In this document: positions 24,750-37,597 of the stretch, one piece after another
Layout: each line of letters begins with the position of its first letter
How positions within the stretch are numbered: position 1 is the first letter of the stretch
From: Octopus bimaculoides
Taxonomy: Eukaryota
DNA: 45,618 bases
Reading direction: 5' to 3'
Assembly (NCBI RefSeq): GCF_001194135.2
Contig: NC_068989.1
Span: 29,503,569-29,549,186 of the forward strand
Made by a program: the position numbers and the translations under genes
Notes under the pieces: generated by a model
What the model saw: the letters and a program-made list of their open reading frames with translations, nothing else
Told to the model about the DNA's origin: nothing
The model's database searches: none

Positions 24750-24887
24750 TTATTCTGATCTCCTCGGGGATTTTTCCAATTTTTGTCCATTTCTAATATT
24801 TCAGAAGGTGGTTTTTCATTTTTCTGTTTGCTTGCATTTTCATTTGAATCTTTGCTTCCTTTGTCTTCTTTGTTACTTTTATTAAAC
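24750..24887 (-). CDS. PARD3: PARD3 coding exon (138 nt, phase 2 to 2)
   Basis: Acceptor ttattttaccAG|g and donor aataa|GTaaag. The junction gives GFLKGIFK-FNKSNKEDK, matching human GLGDMFR-FGKHRKDDK. Confidence 0.85.
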
Positions 24888-25246
24888 CTGGTAAAATAAG
24901 CCACAAATAAAATCTTATACTTTCCAAGGAATGTGTATTTCATAATGTTATAATAGACATTTTCAATGGCAAAAAAGACTAATATTTAATAAACATCCTA
25001 ACAGTACCTATTATTTTGGGTAGACCCTGAAATAGAATATGTAACTTATAGATTTTAAGCATAAAAGATTTAAATTAATCTCAATCAATTTTAATAAAAG
25101 CATAAATTATATTAAAATACAATTTCAAAAAATAAAAGAAGTTAAACTTCAAATAACTTTTAGTTAATATTTTTTAATTGAAAATAATCATATCAATAAT
25201 ATTTATTAGGTGAATCTTTTGTTATTATAAATAGGTTATGTCATAC

Positions 25247-25427
25247 TTGAAAATTCCTTTAAGAAATCCACCACTTTTACGATTGTCTCGCTCCTTCTTC
25301 TTGTTTACTTTTGGTTGAGAATTTTCTTTAATATTAGGTGCATCAGTGTTTGAAATGGAAGTATAAATGGGATGTGGGGCATAATTTTGGCCCACAACTG
25401 AACCAGAATCACTGTTTTCTTCTTCCA
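25247..25427 (-). CDS. PARD3: PARD3 coding exon (181 nt, phase 1 to 2)
   Basis: Acceptor ttttttctatAG|tg and donor ttcaa|GTatga. The junction with 32035 gives MET-L-EEENSDSGS (human METLEEDTEESSRSG); basic stretch KVNKKKERDNRKSGGFLKGIFK. Confidence 0.9.
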
Positions 25428-25569
25428 CTATAGAAAAAAAAAAGTATTACATCTTTACAATCATCATTTAATGTCTGTTTTCCATAAAATATTTTATAAA
25501 AGACACACACACTTGTTAACATGCTATTCTAAAAACAGCATGTTAGAATATATATGCTAAAGTTATATA

Positions 25570-25880
25570 CATCATCATCATTTAATGTCTGTTGTCCATG
25601 CTGGCATGGGTTGGACAGTTTGACCAGAGCTGGTAAGCCAAGGGGCTGTACCAGACTTCTCTCTGATTTGGCATGGTTTCTACAGCTGGATGTCCTTCCT
25701 AATGCCAACCACTCTGAGAGTGTAATGAGTGCTTTTACATGCCACTGGCACATCTTCCATGACTATGATTTCACTTGGCTTGATGGGTCCTCTACTTAAG
25801 CACAGCATATTGCCAAAGGTTTTGGTCATTTGTCAATGCCTCTTTGAGGCCCAACACTCAAAAGGTGCATTTTATGTGCA
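25570..25880 (-). mobile_element. Short RTE LINE 3' end
   Basis: Reverse complement of the ORF end (gctgtgcttaag...caagccaagtgaa) plus the conserved tail ending (GAT)n. Confidence 0.7.
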
Positions 25881-26029
25881 GATGATAAAAATACTTTTTC
25901 TACTTTCCACTGGATTGGCCAGAAAATCTGTGCTTTTTTTTTTAGCAAAAATAAGACAAAATTTTAAACACAAAGTGATTTATTTAATCAATGATATAAT
26001 TACCATTTTGTTCCAATATCTTTTGCTAT

Positions 26030-26980
26030 CTTGTGGACAGATCCATTATTCCTTGCTCAAAGACTTTCCTGTCCATTCAATGAATTTTTAAGAAAGTGAA
26101 ACAGGTGGAAATCTGAAGGCACAAGGCTGAGCAAATGTGGAGGGTGTAGCACTTCTGCTGCATCTGCAAAGAAGTGTGCAGTCTAGCATTGTCATAATGA
26201 AAGACAATGCCTTTATGATTAGCAAGTGTTGAATGTTTCTGATGGATTACCATGTTTAATCTGTCCAGCTGGTCACAGTACACAGCTAAACTGATGGTCC
26301 TGTTCATGGGAAGAAGCTCCTAAAAGATGACACCCTTCCAATCCCACCAAATTGAAAGTGTAGCCTTTGAGTGAAGTACTGCTTTGGAGGTTGTTTGTCG
26401 TGGTTCAATGCATGTCCTTCGTGATTGTTTGCATTTCACATTGTTATAGACGATGCATTTTTCATCTCCTGTCACAAATGTCTTAAAAAAAGGATTGTTT
26501 TCTTCATGTTTCCACAACAAATTGTACACAGAAATCTGTTGGGTGAGGTTAGTCTCATCAATTGATGTAGTCTCATTCAAGCCTGCTGATGTTACCAAGT
26601 TGATGTAGATGGTTTTCAACACTTGATTTGGACATTTGTTGAATATCTGCAATCATCCTAGATGGGAGTTGGTGCTGCTCTTAATTTTGGTTGGCTGGCC
26701 AGAGTGAAGTGTATCATATTTCCCCAACAAATTGTACATGTACACAAATATCAATGTAAACACACAGCACATTGGTAAAAACTAATTTATATGTGCATAC
26801 ATATTTGTACATTGACAAACATAAACACAATCTGTTGGGTGAGGTTAGTCTCATTCAATTGATGTGGGACCCAATCATCAAGTCTGCTGATGTAACCAAG
26901 ATGATGCAGATGGTTTTTAACACTTGATTTGGATATTTGTTGAATATCTGAAATCATCCTAGTTGGGGGTTGGTGCTGCT
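26030..26980 (-). mobile_element. Second mariner remnant with an internal direct duplication
   Basis: FVTGDEKCIVYNN (D1), LSIWWDWKGVI and VFHYDNARLHT (D2). 26533-26679 is repeated at 26829-26980. Confidence 0.85.
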
Positions 26981-27729
26981 GTTCATCTTAGTTATCTAGA
27001 AACAAAATTTCCCTATCAGAATTCTGAAAATGACTTCTGGCATGAACAATTTGTAACAGCATCCCTTTTGTATGCAGCCCATATCTTCCTGCAAGTTTCC
27101 ACTATCTTCTTGTTTTCTTGCCTTTTTTAAAATAAAAAGATATGAAGGGTTGACTATGTTTGTTTTGGTTCTCCATTTTCAAGGTGATCTCAAGAACACA
27201 AAATACAACCTGTCTCATCGCATGTTTGCATTGAATTATATTGCTATGTCGAAGTGTCAGGAATCTAATGAGTGCACATGTGTACACACACACACACACT
27301 CTCTCTTTCTTTCAAGGACTGGGTGTGTAGCAACCATTTTGTATTTCTGAAAAAGGTCTTGCTTTCAAAGAAGTGATTGGTGTAATGAGATAGATGGAGA
27401 GAATGATTAACTTATTTTAACCGTACACACATATATAAATACATGCACAAATATATTGATGAAAAACATGATATATCCACATACATACACATGTACACAA
27501 ATATCAATGTAGACACACAACACATTGGTAAAAACTAATTCATACTTGGTATATATATATGTGCATACATATTTGTACATTGACAAACATATACACACAT
27601 TGAAAAATGAAATATCCCAAATGGTGATAAACATAAACTATCCAGCTTACATATATTCAAAGAAGCATATTGTCAAAACTTTACAACACAACTTCTTATA
27701 ATATACACATACTCACACATAGTCACATA

Positions 27730-28530
27730 TGCCTAGAACCACACTAATAGCTTAGGAGTGATTTCTTGGTTTTCTGGGAATTGATTTTGATAAAACTTTT
27801 CTCAGCTGGTTTGCACACTATGGCAATACCGTTGTTACGTTTTCATTATTCTGTGTAATGTTCTTCCTTTTTTATTGCAGATTCTTCAGTTTTTAGATGA
27901 ACCACGCTAATAGGCATTTCTCCTCTCTAAGAACAATGGGATGTGGAAAAGGCCTTGATGATAAAGAAAAGTCTGTCATCATCAAGGAAAGTTCTAAAGG
28001 CACCTCTCTTCATGTCGATGCGGAGAAGTTAGGTTGTTGTGTGGACACAGCTAGACGATTCCTGAAGGACCCTTTGCCAAGGAAGAAATGATCTGATTGT
28101 GGGACCTCTAAGGCTGTGACAGCTAGGGATTTAAGGAATATTGGCTGCAAGGTACGTGGGAAACCTGGACAAACAAGCAAAGCCATTTGCACCACCTCCA
28201 GACTTCCTCATGTACTGAATACCACCAGAAAGTGCATCCGCAGGACAATGGCTTCCATGCAAGAACCTCTGAAACTGCCTCTTTTAATGCCCCATCACAA
28301 GGTAAATGGTTGGGTCTAGTTTGGAGGTGAGCATCACCAATGTTTACGACATCAACAACAAGGTGGAGGAGTCATATTGTGGGCTGGTATCTTTGAGGAC
28401 AGACTTGTTGGCCCAGTCAGGGTGCCTGAAGGGGTTAAAATAACTGCAGTCGCCTACTGCAATCTCCCTGGCTAGATGACATACTAAAGAATCTCACATT
28501 CATACATGACAAACTGCCCATTCCATTCTC
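27730..28530 (+). mobile_element. Second copy of the Tc1 family (5' TIR plus deleted transposase)
   Basis: TIR matches 15348-15540. ATG GGA TGT GGA AAA GGC start; TTRKCIRRTMASMQEPLKLPLLMPHHK is nearly identical to the 16196-16561 ORF; QQGGGVILWAGI motif downstream. Confidence 0.85.
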
Positions 28531-28964
28531 CTCTCACCCTCCTTTATACCTTCAGCTCCGACTCTTCCAGTTACTCCCCTCCCTCCCCTCCTCTCTGTAA
28601 ATACAATTTTATCACTCAAACCACTTCTGCAGCTATCCCACAACTTTTTATTCATTTCTTACCTTCAACCTATTTGAAAATTTGAGTATGTTAACACCTC
28701 ATTCCACTACCATCATTCCTTTCATCACTCTCCCTCCTAGTTTTCTTTTTTTTAACCCTAGCTCTTATCATTGTCATGGCTTCAACCCACCTGCCCTTAA
28801 TAAGTCTACATTATACAGTAGACACACAAACATTAACTTATTTTAAATTACCCACAGATATGTTATAGTTATATCAACATTTTCCGACTGTGTACAACAT
28901 AACTATATATTTGGGTGTAAAATATATAATATAAACAATTTTTAAAAACAATCAAAGGAAACTA

Positions 28965-31348
28965 GGAGCCAGGTATATTTAACTAAGGGAGAAGCAGAAA
29001 AGAAGAAGTTTGCCAATGTTCTGTGGTGTGAGGACCAGAAGCTTCAAGTGTTTCAGATGTTGTTGGAGAGAGGTGTGTTTGTATGGATGATGGTTCATTT
29101 GCACTTAGTGATTCTGCAAAGAAAGAGGCTTGGAAGTGTCACTATGAAAGGTTGCTAAATGTAAAGAATGCATGGGAGAAGGAGAGTAATATGTGAACCC
29201 AAAAGAGGACCAGCTATCCGAAAAAACAGCAGATTGGTACATAAAGTAATTAAGGATGTGGAGACAGGGAAAGCCTCTGGCCCATCAAGAACTGTTGCTG
29301 AGATGCTTAAAATGTCTTACAGAGTGGGATATAGCCTGGTAACCCATACAGTTAATCAAGTTGTCCATGAGGGAGTCATACCCAATGACTGGTGTAGCAG
29401 TATTACAGCCAACTGCTATGAAGGTAAAGGTGATGCCTTAGACAGAAATTGCTGGGCCAGGACATGAAAGTTACAGAGAGAATCCTAGCTCAACTAATTA
29501 GGATGAGAGTTAGCTTAGATGAGATGCAGTTTGGTTTAGTTCCAGGATGAAGCACTACTGATGCTATCTTCCTAGTAAGGCAACTGCAGGAGAAGCATTT
29601 AACAAAAAATAAACCTTTACACTTGTTTTCTGTTTACATGGAGAAAGCCTTTGACAAGGTACCCTGTTCCTTTATCTGATAGTCAATACAGAAGCTAGGG
29701 ATAAATGAGTGGTGGTGAGAGCTGTACAAGCCATGTACAGGGATGCTGTTAATAAAGTGAAAGTCAGCAATAAGTAAAGCAACAAATTTAGTGTACAGGT
29801 AGGAGTTCATCAAGGATCAGTATTCAGTCCCCTCTTGTTTATCATAGTCCTCCAAGCCATAACAGAAGAATTTAAGACCAATGACCTTGTTCTTATTGCT
29901 GAATCATTACCAGAACTAGAGTAGAAATTTCATGTGTGGAAGCTTGGAATTTAAGGACATTAGAGTTAATTTGACAAAAACCAAAGTTCTAGTAAATATG
30001 AAAGCAGATGAATCACTAATCCCTTCAGGAGATGAACTTGTTCTATATGTAGAAATGGTGTAAATAGAAATTCCATACAGTGTACCCAGTGCAAGCTATG
30101 GACACATAAGAGGTGCAGTGGTATTACAAGAAGGTTAACAGAGGAAGTAGTCTTTGTGTGTGGCAGATGAGCAGGCACAATAAATACTAAGAATGTACAG
30201 GAAATAGATTAGGGCAGGGTGGGTGGGGAGATCCTTAGAAGTAGCAGAAAGCTTCCATTACCTAGGTGACCAAGTTAGCAGTGGAGGAGGATGCTCTGAA
30301 AGTGTAATTGCCAGAATAAGAATGGGCTGGGCAAAGTTCAAAGAACTACTATCTTTTTTGGTAACAAATGGACTCTCCTTGAGATTGAAAGGAAGATTGT
30401 ATAATACCAGTGTATAGACAGCTATTATACATGGCAATGAAACATGGGCTGTGACTGTAGAGGACATCAGATGTAGTATGCAAGAGAGAAGACTGTGTTG
30501 GCTGACCTCTAATTGTGGAGGGAACCTGTGGGATGAAGTGGTGAGAAATGATCTTCAGATGTTGAGCCTCACAGAGGAAACAGTAAGGGACCAAAACTTG
30601 TGGCGATTTGCTATGCTTAAGACATGTGAAGCCAAGTAAAATTGTGGCCATTCATATATACAGGCATGTCCTTTACAGCTTCTCACACACATACACACAC
30701 AATCTGCCTTTTGTCAAAACTCTCCCATAACCCATCTTCCCAACACCTACCCACCATTCCACAATCCACTGCAGGTCCCTCCACTCTCACTCATATGCCA
30801 AACTGCACAATCTCCATGCCCTCACATATCTAATATACCCCAGTCTCCACCACTCCAACTTCTCTCACCATTACTTGTTACAGTACCTCTTCCCCTTTCC
30901 TAAACAGCTCCCCTTACACTCTTATGGAACATTCCCCTCAATCCCCTCAATAACACATGCACCCCACCCACTCTACTCTCTGGGTAGGTCCGAATGCAGC
31001 ACCATCTATTTCTCTCTCTCTCAATTTTTCTCTCTAACTCTTATCTCTTCTTCCTTTTCCTAATGGGACAGCCAAGTGTCTCCTCTATAATAAGACACCC
31101 ATCTATCATATTCTAACCACTTACCTCGTACACAATCACTTCCCTCAGTTCCACTTTTCTCTCAGCTGAGAGGTCTCCACCTTGCAAGTTACTTGGCGAC
31201 TCCGATGGTATTGGTACCATGTAAAAAGCATATGATACACTCTCTAAGTGGTTGGCACAAGGAAGGGTAACTAGCCTTAGGAAACATGCCAAAGCAGACA
31301 ATGGATCCTAGTGCAACTGGAAGACAGATGTTAAATAATAATGATGAT
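28965..31348 (+). mobile_element. RTE LINE, 5'-truncated, with decayed RT, C-rich 3' UTR and tail
   Basis: QFGLVPG*STTDAIFLVRQLQEK, MEKAFDKVP, GVHQGSVFSPLLF, FHYLGD...IARIRMGWAKFKEL; tail ends gttaaataataatgatgat. Confidence 0.88.
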
Positions 31349-32034
31349 TAGGTTTCTATATATTATTTGGTCCCAGGTTGTTATATAATCCCTTAATCAT
31401 AGATCTAATCTAATTGAGTTAATCTACAATCAAAGGCACTTTTATAATAACCATCCTGTCTTTTTCTTACAAGACAGTGCACCCAATATGGCATTATTCA
31501 ATGCACCCTTCTTTTCTAAGATGGCAGGGTTTGAGCTGAGGGAATTAATAGCTATTTTTAACAGGTTGATTGACCATGTATAGATTCTCTCATCAGCTTG
31601 AGTTCTCTTGTTGCCTTGTATACATCCATATATCATGTGTATGTTTATGTATGTGCATATTCTAATATCATTACAATATATTAATATTTTAAGTTTTCAA
31701 TTGTTATTATGATCTACAATCATTTTAAGAATTTTCTTTGGGTACAAGTAAATCCCTTCTAGGTTCAAATCCAAATCCTACTGGGATGTACATTTGAACT
31801 TAAGAAGAATAAATGCTAGTGTTCAGAGTATTTTCAGCATCTCACTGTCCTTGTTTTCATAAAAAAATATTTCGTCTTTAGTTAAATTGGTTTTCCATTA
31901 ACATTCTCTTTGGTATAGAATAATAAACGAAAAGCACATATATTTACTAACACAACATTTAAAAATAATTAGATTCCTATTAAAAAAAGATGCACAATAT
32001 ATCAATATGAAATTGTATACAGTGAATAACTTAC

Positions 32035-32247
32035 AAGTTTCCATATTCTGTGAAAGATGAGGAACTTCATAAGATCGGTCAACAGCTGCACGAAAACTCT
32101 CATTGCACATATGAGCTCTGTTAACTCGCTCAACTGCCCAAAATGGTGGCGCAGCATTTTCAAAAACATTGTCAGGTGTCGGTAAACTTTCCATAGAACT
32201 GGAACGTTTTCTCAGACCCATGTTTGGATGAGACACTCGAGGTGACA
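32035..32247 (-). CDS. PARD3: PARD3 coding exon (213 nt, phase 1 to 1) with conserved phospho-regulatory motifs
   Basis: Acceptor ttatttttgtAG|tg and donor aactt|GTaagt. Encodes MGLRKRSSSMESL (human LGLKKSSSLESL, PAR-1/14-3-3 site) and CNESFRAAVDRSYE (human CNESFRAAIDKSYD), both diagnostic of Par-3. Confidence 0.95.
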
Positions 32248-32486
32248 CTACAAAAATAAAGAACATTTTTTAAGAATGAATTAAACACAGTAGTTTATTC
32301 AATAGTTTTTTATTCAAAAGCGTAGCATTGATATTCATATTATATGTGTGTGTCAATTTTGAAGATAAAAGCTACATTCATTTATTAAAGTTGAATGAAG
32401 TATTTTGAACATTTTGTTAATGTTGGGGAAGATAATTTAGTAAAAAGAGATGGAAAACATAGTTAAATGGAGAAGGAAGATTTTCT

Positions 32487-32718
32487 TATTTCTTTATTGC
32501 CCACAAGGGGCTAAACATAGAGGGGACAAACAAGGACAGACAAAGGGATCAAGTTGATTACATCGACCCCAGTGCGTAACTGATACTTAATTTATTGACC
32601 CCGAAAGGATGAAAGGCAAAGTAGACCTCGGTGGAATTTGAACTCAGAATGTAAAGACAGACAAAATACCACTAAGAATTTCGCCCAGCATGCTAACGTT
32701 TCTGCCAGCTCATCGCTA
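32487..32718 (-). mobile_element. Full-length, young tRNA-derived SINE (232 bp) with a perfect 17-bp TSD
   Basis: GAGAAGGAAGATTTTCT at 32470-32486 and 32719-32735; A box TGGCAGAAACG, B box GAGTTCAAATTCC, tail caataaagaaataa. Confidence 0.92.
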
Positions 32719-33329
32719 GAGAAGGAAGATTTTCTGTCATACTCACACTTCAACAACTAACATTTTAAGCTTGAAGCCACTAAGAAGGATGGGATATGAG
32801 ATATTGTCATTCATAAATCAGCAGTGTAAATAAATTGATCTCAGCTAAAAATCAAAACTAATTCAAAAACTCACTTGACATAAGAGGTGCTTGTTACAAA
32901 TAAGGAAATTAATTTTTTGTGTAACATATCCCAAGAATAGGGCATTTCTGTTATACTGAATTTTACAAACTAACTCATCAATAATTACATCAGCCAAACT
33001 ATTTTCTCTGCTTTTTTGGTTTGTATTATTGATCAGTGTATGAACAAGACCAAAACATTTGCAATATACAATCATTCTTAAAATAGGTACTGAAAGGAGA
33101 CATTTCACGATCTTGGAATGTCAAGCTTCAATCTTCTCATAAGCAAACCCTGTATTATAAAGAAGTGTTTGCAATATAACAATATCAGTACAGATCACAG
33201 TGGGAAGGGATTATGTAATAAGGAATTCTAATTGTAGAATAAAGCCTTATAAACTTATAGTCACCACAATCAATACTGGCGCAATGAATTGTAGGTTTGG
33301 TAAGATTGTTGAAATGCTAGTGTGGAGGC

Positions 33330-36300
33330 ATGTGGATGTATGCTAGAGGTATAGTGAAGGGGAATCTCAGCTGGACAAAGAACATAGATACAAATTCTTC
33401 TGTGTAGGCAATAGTAATGGGATGGGTGGTGTAGCTATACTTTTGGCAGGGAAATAGGTTGATAAGATGATCAAGGTAGTTGTGTGATAAGATTGTTAAG
33501 CTAAGACTAGTCTTGGAGAAAGTAACAGCGAGATCTCTGCATGTGCTTCACATATTGAACAGGTAGAAGAACAGAAAGACTTTCTATGAGTCTTTTTTGT
33601 AGATTACCTCAATGACAAAAGACAAAGATTTTATCATAGCTGGTGACTTTAATGGATGTGTTGGGGCAGTACCCCAGTAGATTTCATGGCATGCAGGGAG
33701 GTTATGGATTTGGTTCTAGAAATGAGGAGGGAACAAGGTTGCTGGAGTTCTATGATGCAAATAACTTGTTGATCTGCAACACTAACTCCAGGAATCACCT
33801 AACAGCCTGGTGGGTGCATAAGCCAGAGTCTCATCAGAAACAGGGATAGACAGTTGCTTGTGAATGCAAAGTCCTCCCCTAGTGAAGAATGTACATCTCA
33901 ATATAGGTTACAGACTAGTGACTTTAGGCTTAGGGCTAGAAGAACTCAGAGACACAAGCTAGTTTGGAAAAGTAAAATATGAAATCTTAAAGATCCATTA
34001 AACAATCAGAAGTTAGCGACAACTAGAAGTAAGAGAAAACAGACTCAGGGCTGCAGACAGAAGTTTTAGCTGGGGCAAGGTTTCAGCCAGATCAAGGGTA
34101 ACATGACGGTGGAGCAGTGAGGTAGACATAAAAGTGAAGAGAAGAGGCAAGCTTGGAAAGACTAGAAAAATTGGAACAGCAAAAAATTACATCAGGTAGT
34201 TTGAAAGGACACTAAATGACATGTATTTAGCAAGGGAAGAAGCAGAAAGGAAGAAGTTTGCTAATATCCTACAGCACAAGCATCAGAGGTGTGAGGTGTC
34301 TCAATTACAAAATAGTGTATTAGAGAATCGAGATGTTGTGAGAGAGAAGTGTGTATGGATGAGTAATGATATGCTTGCTCTCAGTAATTCTGAAGAGCCA
34401 TGGAAGTGTTATGATGAAAGGTTATTAAATAATGAGAATGTCTGGGAGAAAGAGGATCTTTCCAATGTGGAACAACAGAGGTAGAAATTACTACTGAGCT
34501 GCTTAAAATATCTGGCAGAGTGGGATATGCTCTAGTCACATATATTGTTAATCATGTTATTCAGGAAGGGAACAAAAAATTTTTTTTGTCATGCTTAAAC
34601 TTTTTCAGCTGATTTAGGGTAATTTTAGGGTGCTGAATCCAAATCTGACATCAGTTTTCAGACAACACGTGTAATTTTTTTAGTTATTTACAGCATCAGA
34701 TTTTCCAACCAATTGATAATATTGACAAAGTAGTGGGCTATTTGCTTTCGATTTTCATTCATATACTCATCACTGAAATATAAATAAGTGCTAATAGAGG
34801 AAAATGTACACTATCTGTTAAATTGCCACACAAGATGAGAATTTATTTTACTTTGTTATCGCTGTAGTTACAGTAAAGTTCTCACAGTAGGCTATTGATA
34901 TTAGGTTATAGTAAGTCACTCAGATTCCCTTTTCTTGATAACTGCTGGTGCTGTTAAAACAAAGTACATCAAATAAGAGAGCTAGGTTATATGAAAAGTA
35001 GTTTAGTAGTAAGTTTAATTATTTATTAAAGTGATCAATGTTTGAAATTTAGAGATGGAAAAAATTGTTTTGAGATAGTTATAGCTTCAGTACATTTTGA
35101 TGTTTTACAGTAACATTTACAGTTGATTAATTTTATATTTTAGTATATTTTGTGAATGAATTTTTGAAAGCTTATAAACTTGGTGCAAGGATGTCTCTAA
35201 AAATTCATTTTCTCTGCTCACATCTTGACTTTTTTTTAACCAATATGGGTGATGTAAGTGATGAGCATGGTGAACGGTTTCATCAAGAAATCAAAGAGCT
35301 AGAAAGCTGCTACAGTAGCTGACTTACACCAAACGTGCTGATGGATTACTGTTGGTTTTTAAAACGAGAAACAGACATGCAACATAAGCGTAAAGATGTC
35401 AAAGCTATTTTTGAAAAACATAAAATTAATAATATTCACTTTACACTTTTGTTTCATGTTTTATTGGTTTTAGAGCTACTTGTCCACCTAGTTGCTATTG
35501 TTGTTATACCAAATAATGGTAATTTATACTTCACATTATTGTAATTTTGATAGCAGTATAATAATGATAGCGCAAAAATGTGACATGCTAGAGCAAAAAT
35601 GATTGCAGATTCGGAATCAGATGCAGTTTGGTTTCATGCTAAGGAGAAATACTTAGACAACTGCAGAAGTATCTAAGAGCAAACTATTATATTTAGTATT
35701 TGTTGACCTGAAGAAAGCTTTTGACAAAGTCCATCACACTGTGATGTAGTGGTCTCTGAGAAAGATAAGGGTAGATAAATGGCTAGTGAAAGCCATAAAA
35801 ACCATGTACAAGAGTGCTGTCAGTAAAGTGAGAGAGTCAACCATGAGTTCAGTGATGAATTTAGAGTATAGGTAGAAGTTTGGAAGAGCTTGATGCTCAA
35901 TCCCCTTCTATTCATCTATCTTCTAGGCCATAACAGAGGAATTTAAGACCAGCTGACTAGGAAATATTACATGCTGAAGATCTCATTCTCATAGTAGAAT
36001 CTGTAATAGAATTAGAAAAGAAATTCCAGGTGTGGAAGCAAAACCTGGAATCAAAGGACCTTAAAATTAACTTAGCAAAGACCAAAATTCTAGTAAGTAG
36101 GGAAACAGGATTTTACTCTCTTCGGGTAATGACCCAGCTTGATATGGAGAAAAGGTGTAGGCAGAAACTCCACATGATGTACCCAGCACAAGCAATGTAT
36201 GACCAAGAGGTGCTGTTGAATCATAGGAAGACTAATGGAGTGTTTATATGTGTAGAATGTGCAGGAGCAATAAACACTAAACACATAAAGGAAATAAATT

Positions 36301-37597
36301 TTCTCAAATGTCCTGGAAGTAGTAAAGTAGTTTCTGTTACCTAGGTAACAATGGAGGACGGTGTTTTGAAAGTATAGTTGCTAGACTAAAAATAGGATAA
36401 AATTCAGAGAGCTATAACCCCTGTTAGCAATAAAAAGATTTTCTGTCTTTGAGTGAAAGGCAGATTGTATAATGCTGGTGTATAATGAAGCTTGTAGAAG
36501 AATACATGGGATGAAGTAGTGGAAGCAGATCTCATGATGCTAAGCATCACAGAGGACTGAGACAGTTGGCAACTTGTTGTGCTCAAGAAGACCTATCCAC
36601 CACAACATAAATGAGGTCCTAAATACATTGTCTATACTTATATGTGCTTGGCCCTGCCCCTATATTCATTCTGTCCCATCAACCATTTGCCACATCTTAT
36701 CTCCTTCACTTCCCTACCTTCACCCAACATTCATCCCTCCTCAGCACATATTCCCTCATCCTTTGTGCTACCAGTTACCCACCCCTGGAACTGCTGCATA
36801 ATCATTCCCACCCCTTCTCACAATATTTTCACCCATTACTTCCTTTCTGTACCTTCACTTATCCCATACTTCATCTTAAAACCTCACATCTGCTATCATT
36901 TTCAATGCCCTTTCGCATCCACCATCATGCACCACTTACTGTGGCCACCTTTATATACCTCTACATCTCCCTTCCCATTGCTCCTGCATCTTGCTCATTG
37001 GCTTCTACTTCTTGATCTATCATCCCTGAGTCATTTCTATATTTCAAGCCACACTCCCAGCTATGTTCATCACACTACATTTACCTTTACCCCATCTTTA
37101 ATTATCTGATAACTTCATATTCACACTCTTATAACCCCACCTCACTCATCGTTCCTCTTTCTGATCTACTGTTCATATTCTCTTTTGTGTTCACCTCCTT
37201 GAGGGTTTACCCTGACAATCCTACCACTTTCACATTATCTTCTTCCCACCCTTAGCTAAGCATCTTCTCTATAGCAATACACTTGCACCTGATTTGCTAT
37301 TATACTTCAACCTCTAAACTGTTATCATAAAGCACCCCCACCCGCAATTACTCCTACTTAGTCAAGGGTTTTATTCCTTTCCTTGTTTTTTTCTCATCTC
37401 ACAAGTGACTTAGTGATCTCATTGGTATCAGTGACATGGAAAATGTATCCAGTACACACAGTAAAGTGGTTGAAATTAGGAAAGACATCCAGATGTGGAA
37501 CCTATGCCAAAACTGACATTGGAGATCAATGCAGCCCTGTGGCTAACCAGATCCTGTCAAACTGCTAGCATAAAAAAATGTATGGTAAATGATGATG
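33330..37597 (+). mobile_element. Near full-length decayed RTE LINE (APE + RT + long C-rich 3' UTR), interrupted at 34568-35620
   Basis: APE motifs IIAGDFNG and GGYGFGSRNEEGTRLLEFYDANNLLICNTN; RT motifs VDLKKAFDKV and VWKQNLESKDLKINLAKTKIL; tail ends gtaaatgatgatg. Confidence 0.88.
34568..35620 (+). mobile_element. Internally deleted Chapaev-type (CMC superfamily) transposon fragment inside the RTE LINE
   Basis: About 35180-35400 translates GARMSLKIHFLCSHLDFF...GDVSDEHGERFHQEIKELE...LMDYCWFLKRE, the Chapaev C-terminal signature. Subterminal motifs ggtgctgaatccaaatctg and cagattcggaatcag are present; the extreme termini are missing. Confidence 0.8.

Noticed and set aside
32863-33300. Possible additional PARD3 exon
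   Set aside because: The candidate acceptor near 33170 gives stops in all three frames; the 81-aa ORF has no Par-3 similarity.
36574-37109. Long Pro/Ser/His-rich ORFs (also 30642-31063 and 7785-8033)
   Set aside because: Products of C/T-rich low-complexity sequence (RTE 3' UTR at the two larger loci) that lacks stop codons by composition.
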